From an uncultured Flavobacteriales bacterium (lineage in GTDB: Bacteria > Bacteroidota > Bacteroidia > Flavobacteriales_D > Parvicellaceae): a DNA stretch of 64,000 nt. The stretch lies in the NCBI GenBank assembly GCA_943787725.1, contig CALSNM010000004.1, positions 19,070 to 83,069 on the forward strand. Direction: 5' to 3'. Shown here one piece after another: positions 58,148 through 64,000 of this stretch. Below the pieces are notes generated by a model, which did not search any database, was not told the origin of the DNA, and was given only the letters and a program-made list of their open reading frames with translations. How positions within the stretch are numbered: the stretch's first letter is position 1; every line of letters begins with the position of its first letter. A program made the position numbers and the translations under genes.

Positions 58148-60259
58148 ATGAAAATTTTATCTACAATATTTATGGCAATTCTGTTCAGTTCTGTAGGAAT
58201 TAGTCAAGATGCGTTCTTTTCGAATTACCAATATTCAAATGCACTTACTAACCCAACGCAAATGGCGATCAGTAATGATATTAATTTAACTTTAGTTCAT
58301 AGAAGCCAATGGACTAATATTGTTAAACCATTTACTACTTCGCAGTTTGAAGGATCTTACCCTATTTTGCAAACAAATACAAACAAAAAAATAGCTGTAG
58401 TTGGCTTTTCATTTGTAAATGACAGAATGGGTGAAGGAGGATACCTTCAAACCAATCAACTAGCTTTTAATTTTGCTTATAATTTATCGCTTGGTAATAG
58501 CTACCTTGCCTTAGGATCGAAACTGGGTTATTTTAATAGTTCTACTGATTTGGAAGGCTTAACAACAGGTAGTCAATTTAATAGCGGCGTTTACAATTCA
58601 AATACTTCAATAGGCGAAACAGAAATCAACCCTGTAATCCAAGGATTAGAGATATCTCCTTCAATTACCTGGTACCAAAACGATTCTTTGCGAAGAAGTC
58701 TTCACTATTTTGGAATAACCGCATTTAATGTGAATGAGCCTTCTTCAGCTTCTAATTCAGTAGACATGGGAAAACCTATGAGATTAGCGATAACGGGCGG
58801 TACGAATGTGATTTTTGGCAAACTGGGTTTATCTCCCAATGCACTTTTTATGATGCAAGCCAATCAAAACCAAGCTGTAATTGGAGCGGATCTCAAGTAT
58901 TTTGTTAAAAACACCACTGAGAATTATACTGCAATTGCATTTGGGGTATACAGTCGTTTGAAAGATGCTGGAATAATTACATTAAAGTATTTGTCGGATG
59001 TTTTCGAAGGTGGAATTACGTATGACATAAACACCTCAAGTTTAACAGATGGATTGAACCAAAACACTGGTTCATTTGAAGTATTTCTAAACTATAAAAT
59101 TAAACAAAAATCAAAGATTAAGCAGTTTAACAACATAATTGAGATATATGATAAGAACACAAAAAAAGCGCTAACTGCTTCGGCAAGTTATCCTAGCAAA
59201 ACAACAGGAAGTAAAGTAATGATTTTTGAAAATAAATCAAGCGATACTACCGAACTAAATCAAAAAGAAGAATATACTATTACAATAACGAAAGATGGAT
59301 ACGAGGATCAAGAAATTAATATTATTCAAAACACTGGGGTTGAAGTCATAACCAAAGTATTGATGGCTCCATCCGTAACATTATTTGATTTAGAAATTGA
59401 AATCTTTGATAGAGAAACAAATAAACCAATTGCGGCAAAAATCACACATATTGATCCGATTACAATGATTCAAACAGAACTTGGAGAAGGAGACAAGATT
59501 TCTAAGGAGTTAGAAAGCGGCATTAAACATATTATATCTGCAAATGCAGAGGGTTATGATAATGGTATTCTAGAAATACGGTATGATAAATTTGGTACGT
59601 TAAGTAAAAGCATCTACTTAGGAAAAACGAAACCAAAATTAGTTGCAACTTCACTAAAACTGATTGTACTAGATGAGAGCACGAAAAAACCTATCAAATC
59701 GACAATTATGTTGGCAAACGTTACAAACGAGAATAAACACATCAATTCGCTAATCGCATTAGAAGATTTTGCTCCTGAAGCTCAGCCATTGGAGGTTGGC
59801 AATAAGTTTGAAATACTTGTTACCAAGGAAGGCTATTTTAATCAAACACTTAAAGTAGACGCAATCAAAGTTGAAAACATTGAAAGAGTTGTTCTTTTAT
59901 CTTCCATAGAAGTGGGTAAAAGCATTATTGTGGATGACCTTCTTTTTAAAACGGGTAAAAAACAACTAGACACACGTTCTTATAGGATTTTAGATCAATT
60001 AGTGGATTTCTTGAATCAAAACCCCACAATAAAAATTGAATTACAAGGACACACGGATAGCGATGGTTCTAAATATGCAAACCAAGATCTTTCGGAAGGA
60101 AGAGCGAAGTCTGCTATTATCTACCTGCAAAACAAAGGAATTGGTTCGTCTAGAATGCTTGCAAAAGGTTTTGGAGAAGATAAGCCAATTGCTACAAACG
60201 ACACAGCGGAAGGAAAGGCAAAAAACAGAAGAGTTGAGTTAAAAATTGTTGGTAAATAA
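58148..60259 (+). CDS. PorP/SprF-family T9SS membrane protein fused to three beta-sandwich repeats and a C-terminal OmpA peptidoglycan-binding domain
   Basis: N-terminus QDAFFSNYQYSNALTNPTQMA... is PorP/SprF-like. Three repeats of the form IxIxDxxTKKPI. C-terminus LQGHTDSDGS...NQDLSEGRAKS...NRRVELKIV is OmpA_C. Confidence 0.75.
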   Translation: MKILSTIFMAILFSSVGISQDAFFSNYQYSNALTNPTQMAISNDINLTLVHRSQWTNIVKPFTTSQFEGSYPILQTNTNKKIAVVGFSFVNDRMGEGGYLQTNQLAFNFAYNLSLGNSYLALGSKLGYFNSSTDLEGLTTGSQFNSGVYNSNTSIGETEINPVIQGLEISPSITWYQNDSLRRSLHYFGITAFNVNEPSSASNSVDMGKPMRLAITGGTNVIFGKLGLSPNALFMMQANQNQAVIGADLKYFVKNTTENYTAIAFGVYSRLKDAGIITLKYLSDVFEGGITYDINTSSLTDGLNQNTGSFEVFLNYKIKQKSKIKQFNNIIEIYDKNTKKALTASASYPSKTTGSKVMIFENKSSDTTELNQKEEYTITITKDGYEDQEINIIQNTGVEVITKVLMAPSVTLFDLEIEIFDRETNKPIAAKITHIDPITMIQTELGEGDKISKELESGIKHIISANAEGYDNGILEIRYDKFGTLSKSIYLGKTKPKLVATSLKLIVLDESTKKPIKSTIMLANVTNENKHINSLIALEDFAPEAQPLEVGNKFEILVTKEGYFNQTLKVDAIKVENIERVVLLSSIEVGKSIIVDDLLFKTGKKQLDTRSYRILDQLVDFLNQNPTIKIELQGHTDSDGSKYANQDLSEGRAKSAIIYLQNKGIGSSRMLAKGFGEDKPIATNDTAEGKAKNRRVELKIVGK

Positions 60260-60280
60260 AGTGTTTCATACATCTTTAAA

Positions 60281-60311
60281 ACCCACCTAATCCGCGTTAG
60301 GTGGGTTTTTT
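60281..60311 (+). terminator. Rho-independent terminator
   Basis: acccaccta-atccgcgt-taggtgggt followed by ttttt, 21 nt after the stop at 60259. Confidence 0.75.
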
Positions 60312-60356
60312 GCCTGTACTCAATTGAAAATACAAAAATTCACTACCCAAGTATAA

Positions 60357-61481
60357 ATGACCAATAAGCCCAAAGAATTTGAAATTAAAGAACATCAACT
60401 CTTTATTTCGTCCATAAAACATTGGTTAAGATTAAAGAAGGAAAATAAAATAGCTCCATCTAAAAAGAAAATGGCAAGGAAAATAACATTATTTGTTATT
60501 TTATCTGCCCCATTTAGATGGTTTCAATCTATTCTTATTGCAGCAAGATTAAAACGAATTTCATTTGAAAACAATCCACCCGTATTTGTTATTGGGCATT
60601 GGAGAAGCGGCACAACTCATTTACATTATCTTTTAGCACAAGACAAAAGGTTTGTTTACTTGGATTCTTTTCAAGCCTTCTTTTTTAGAGTAGCATTTGT
60701 ATCCAAAGGTATAATGCGCCCTTTACTTGGGCATCTGATGCCATCTACCCGACTTCAAGACAATGTAAAAATCGACGCTCATTCCCCACAAGAAGAAGAA
60801 CATCCGTTAACAAATCTTACAGAAAAGAGTGGAATGCAAATATTTTTTTTCCCGAAGAACAGGTCATATTTTGACAAGTACAATGTATTTGAAGGAACAA
60901 CTGAAAAAGAAATTAAAGATTGGAAAAAAGTATACCTCAAAATGCTAAAACAAATTTCTTTATTTCAAGGAAAAAAAAAGCAATTATTATTAAAAAACCC
61001 CCACAATACGGGCCGTGTAAAAATATTATTAGAGCTATTCCCAAATGCGAAGTTTATATTTATTCATAGAAACCCATATGAAGTATACTCTTCTACAAAG
61101 TACTTATACCAAAAGGCGGTAAAGACACAATTCTTACAAGAATTTTCGGAAGAAGCAATAGAAGAAAGAATCATCTATTGCTATGAAAAGAGCATGCAGA
61201 AATACCTAGAAGATAAGCATCTTATTCCTAAAGATTCATTGTTCGAAATCAGTTTTAGTGAATTAGAAACACAACCTATAAACTCACTGGAAAAAATATA
61301 CTCTAATTTAAACATCTCTGACTTTACTAAAAATATAACACATTTTAAAGCCTACTTAAATACAGTAAAAAGCTACAAAAAAAATCAATTGGCAGATATA
61401 CCTCTTGAAGTAAAAAATCAAATCAATACGCGCTGGAAATTTGCTTTTGACAATTGGAAATATGAGAGAGTTGAAGAATAA
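60357..61481 (+). CDS. Sulfotransferase family protein
   Basis: 5'-PSB motif IGHWRSGTTHLHYLL and 3'-PB motif FIHRNPYEVYSS. Confidence 0.75.
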   Translation: MTNKPKEFEIKEHQLFISSIKHWLRLKKENKIAPSKKKMARKITLFVILSAPFRWFQSILIAARLKRISFENNPPVFVIGHWRSGTTHLHYLLAQDKRFVYLDSFQAFFFRVAFVSKGIMRPLLGHLMPSTRLQDNVKIDAHSPQEEEHPLTNLTEKSGMQIFFFPKNRSYFDKYNVFEGTTEKEIKDWKKVYLKMLKQISLFQGKKKQLLLKNPHNTGRVKILLELFPNAKFIFIHRNPYEVYSSTKYLYQKAVKTQFLQEFSEEAIEERIIYCYEKSMQKYLEDKHLIPKDSLFEISFSELETQPINSLEKIYSNLNISDFTKNITHFKAYLNTVKSYKKNQLADIPLEVKNQINTRWKFAFDNWKYERVEE

Positions 61482-61508
61482 CTTAATCGAGATTAAAACT
61501 CAAATATT

Positions 61509-61973
61509 CTAATCCTTACTGAACTGCAACCAATACCTGAAATCTCGATTATTCAAAAAACCGACAATCCTTTTGTTTTGGGTAAAATCAGAATTTAACA
61601 CAACTGTTGTTGGATAACGCAACACACCTTCAACTTCAGCAAGCTCTTGCGCTAAACCATGCAGTCCCTTACCTCCACTATGCCTAATATACGCATATTC
61701 CTTATTTCGAAAGTTTATAGTTTCCTTAGAGTCAGCATTCAATTTTACAAAATAGTAATTCTTCCCTACTCTTTTAACAAACCTTTTTTTAGAATAAATC
61801 TTTGCTTCCATTAACTTACAATAGCCGCACCAAGGAGTTTCAACTTTTACAATTATTGGTTTTTTTTCTTTTGCAATAGAATCCTTTAAATCCTCAAACT
61901 TAGTCCAAGAAACTCCTTGCGCAAATCCAATTAATGAGACAGAAAAAAATGTTATTAAAAAATTTATTTTCAT
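61509..61973 (-). CDS. Secreted thioredoxin-fold protein (CxxC)
   Basis: Signal peptide MKINFLITFFSVSLIGFAQG and active site WCGYCKLM. The track start at 62021 is less likely. Confidence 0.7.
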   Translation of the reverse strand: MKINFLITFFSVSLIGFAQGVSWTKFEDLKDSIAKEKKPIIVKVETPWCGYCKLMEAKIYSKKRFVKRVGKNYYFVKLNADSKETINFRNKEYAYIRHSGGKGLHGLAQELAEVEGVLRYPTTVVLNSDFTQNKRIVGFLNNRDFRYWLQFSKD

Positions 61974-62054
61974 TGACTTGCCTAATTTAATAATCTTTTG
62001 AATTACAAACGTACAAATCACTTTTTTAGTTCACTAGCTTAACCAAAATTTCAA

Positions 62055-64000
62055 CTACTTTTTCTTATTGAACTCATAACTAATTCCTCCAAAAAAAGTT
62101 ATTCCCTGGAAAGAGGAATAAATGTAGGTAGGATCAAATTCATATCCATATGGATTTTCAGTCACATCATCCGAATTTTTATTAAAGGGATCATGAGCTC
62201 TTAAAATCGAATTTGATGGTGGCGTAAAATTCAAAAGATTCCTAACTCCGCAATTTAAAAATATTCCAGACTTAAAAGACTTCGATACTTTGATATTCTG
62301 CAAACTAAAAGGTTTTGAAAACTCATCTCTAAAATCATTCTCTACCAGCGGCAATTTCATAGGACCATATAAACTGCCCGTATAATCAATGCGCACATTT
62401 AATTTTTGAATCTGATATGATACCGACCAAGTTCCCGTGTATTTTTCAGCGAACAATTGTTGCTCTCGCTTTAATATATTATCCGGTGTTTTATTCATCG
62501 CGTATACATCTAATATTGTTCCACCCAAATTAATTCGTAATGGAAAATTAAAAAGTATTCTTGTATTCAAAGATACCCCTTGTGAAATGGCATAACCGTC
62601 CAAATTGGAATAGATTATTTGCTTGTCATTCGATTCATAATCAGGAATTATTTTATTTGAAAAGTTTGTATAAAAAACTGAAGCATCAAAAATCATATAC
62701 ATTTTATTCGTATTGATACGTTTCACATAATTTAAATTTAAATTATGTGATTTTTCTGGATTAAGACCCCCTGAAACAATTACTTCTCTTGCACCTGTTA
62801 GAGCAGCATGGTCCTCGGTAAATAGATTTACTACTCTAAACCCATTGCCATAACCTACTCTTATTTCACTTTTCGAAGTTGGATCAATTTTTACATTTAA
62901 ACGTGGAGTAAAAATACTTCCATGTTTTAAATGATAATCATAGCGCCCTCCAATTAAAACCTTCGTCTTTTCATTTAACCGAAAATTATCTTGAATAAAA
63001 AACCCAGGTAACAACCATTCATCCGGTGTATTTGAATAAATAGTTGAATCATTAATCTCTGTCGCAAATGTATTATCATCATAATGATTATACCTCAAAG
63101 CAAGTCCACTTAGCAAGGCGTGGCGGGTATTTATATCCTGATGCCATGCCATTTGACCATAGCCTATATGTTGTTTTGCCTGATAAGACATCGTTCCGTA
63201 ATAGGAATCCTGATCATGAAAACTATAGGAACCGCTAAAAATAATTCGCGGTTTTACAGGCAATTCAAAATTACCTATAACTTCTACTCTATTTGTATAA
63301 ATAGATTCACCGTAAAGACTATCTCCTCCTCTAAAAGAGTCATCCCAATTCACTTCACCTCCCCACCGGTCTTCTTTCATTAGCCTAACCAAAATATTGG
63401 CAAATCGGTTGTCTTTTCTTTCAAAACTGAATTTATTGAATAAAGAAATTCTATCCTTTAAAGTGACATCAGAAAAATTATCTCCATTATTATCAATCGG
63501 TTTTGTGTAGTTATAATAACTAGCTCCAAAAAGGCTTTTAACTTTTCCTAACTTATACTTTACATGACCATCCAATTGATATTCGTTCCAAGTAGTGGCA
63601 GAACTTTCGAATGCGAAATCAGAAGCGGAGGAAACGTCTTTTGTAATAACATTAATTAACCCAGCAACAGCCTCAGAACCATATAGAGTTGATGCTGCTC
63701 CCTTTACTACTTCAACTCTCTCTAATAAACTACTAGGAATACCCTGTAAACCGTAAACCGTTGACAAACCTCCAACCAAAGGCATGCCGTCAATGGTAAC
63801 CATCGTATATGGACCTTCCATTCCGTTGATATGAATATCCCCTGTATTACAGACTGCACAATTAATTTGAGGGCGCACACCATTGATATTTTGAGTAGCT
63901 TCAAAGATACTAGGTGTAGGAACCTTTTTGAGGTATTCTGCAGAATACACCTCAACTGGAATCGGACTATCTTTCTTTGAAATCGAAAGCATTGTTCCAC
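62055..64000 (-). CDS. TonB-dependent receptor, 5' end probably beyond the window
   Basis: Plug motifs (INGVRPQ, IDGMPLVGGLSTVYGL, RVEVVKGAASTLYGSEAVAGLINVITK) and a beta-barrel ending SYEF. The frame stays open upstream of the ATG at 63992 to the window edge. Confidence 0.8.
   Translation of the reverse strand, partial: GTMLSISKKDSPIPVEVYSAEYLKKVPTPSIFEATQNINGVRPQINCAVCNTGDIHINGMEGPYTMVTIDGMPLVGGLSTVYGLQGIPSSLLERVEVVKGAASTLYGSEAVAGLINVITKDVSSASDFAFESSATTWNEYQLDGHVKYKLGKVKSLFGASYYNYTKPIDNNGDNFSDVTLKDRISLFNKFSFERKDNRFANILVRLMKEDRWGGEVNWDDSFRGGDSLYGESIYTNRVEVIGNFELPVKPRIIFSGSYSFHDQDSYYGTMSYQAKQHIGYGQMAWHQDINTRHALLSGLALRYNHYDDNTFATEINDSTIYSNTPDEWLLPGFFIQDNFRLNEKTKVLIGGRYDYHLKHGSIFTPRLNVKIDPTSKSEIRVGYGNGFRVVNLFTEDHAALTGAREVIVSGGLNPEKSHNLNLNYVKRINTNKMYMIFDASVFYTNFSNKIIPDYESNDKQIIYSNLDGYAISQGVSLNTRILFNFPLRINLGGTILDVYAMNKTPDNILKREQQLFAEKYTGTWSVSYQIQKLNVRIDYTGSLYGPMKLPLVENDFRDEFSKPFSLQNIKVSKSFKSGIFLNCGVRNLLNFTPPSNSILRAHDPFNKNSDDVTENPYGYEFDPTYIYSSFQGITFFGGISYEFNKKK

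Noticed and set aside
1-64000. Mobile elements, prophage, defence islands (restriction, CRISPR-Cas, toxin-antitoxin, retron-like)
   Set aside because: Reading all track ORFs and the spacers, I recognised no integrase, transposase, recombinase, nuclease-helicase defence pair, reverse transcriptase or terminal inverted repeats. Absence cannot be proven without profile searches.

Overview
AT-rich chromosomal segment. I infer Bacteroidota, Flavobacteriales-like, from GldF/GldG gliding ABC components, PorQ, a PorP/SprF-like gene, type A and type B T9SS C-terminal sorting domains, TonB-receptor/DUF4249 pairing and TAnnTTTG -7 boxes. No database search was possible. I find about 58 protein-coding loci. 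I recognised no rRNA, tRNA, CRISPR array, transposase or integrase. Most genes are housekeeping or metabolic: folE, a eukaryote-type PTPS, rocD, lysA, split transketolase, murF, gcvT, ychF, ybaB and comB. These are interleaved with many cell-surface and T9SS genes: fasciclin-repeat, M43 protease, P-domain and MAM/FN3 cargos, porQ, gldFG and PorP/SprF-OmpA. Points worth a second look: (1) a permease / Rieske oxygenase / kinase::PLP phospho-lyase-like operon that may encode an uncharacterised amine catabolic route; (2) two tandem T9SS cargo paralogs that share an unrecognised Cys-rich N-terminal module but carry different CTD types, followed by a PorP/SprF::OmpA fusion and facing a divergent ECF sigma module; (3) a free-standing EF-Tu domain III homolog; (4) a gpx / CarH-like (Wx9EH) / SOUL operon; (5) an MBOAT / SGNH-like / TonB receptor / DUF4249 operon; (6) about 20 single-nucleotide frame disruptions clustered in 10 otherwise well-conserved genes. 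The disruptions are either indel-type assembly error or locus-specific gene decay, and the sequence alone cannot distinguish the two. All coordinates, frames and motifs come from reading the supplied sequence and ORF track by eye.
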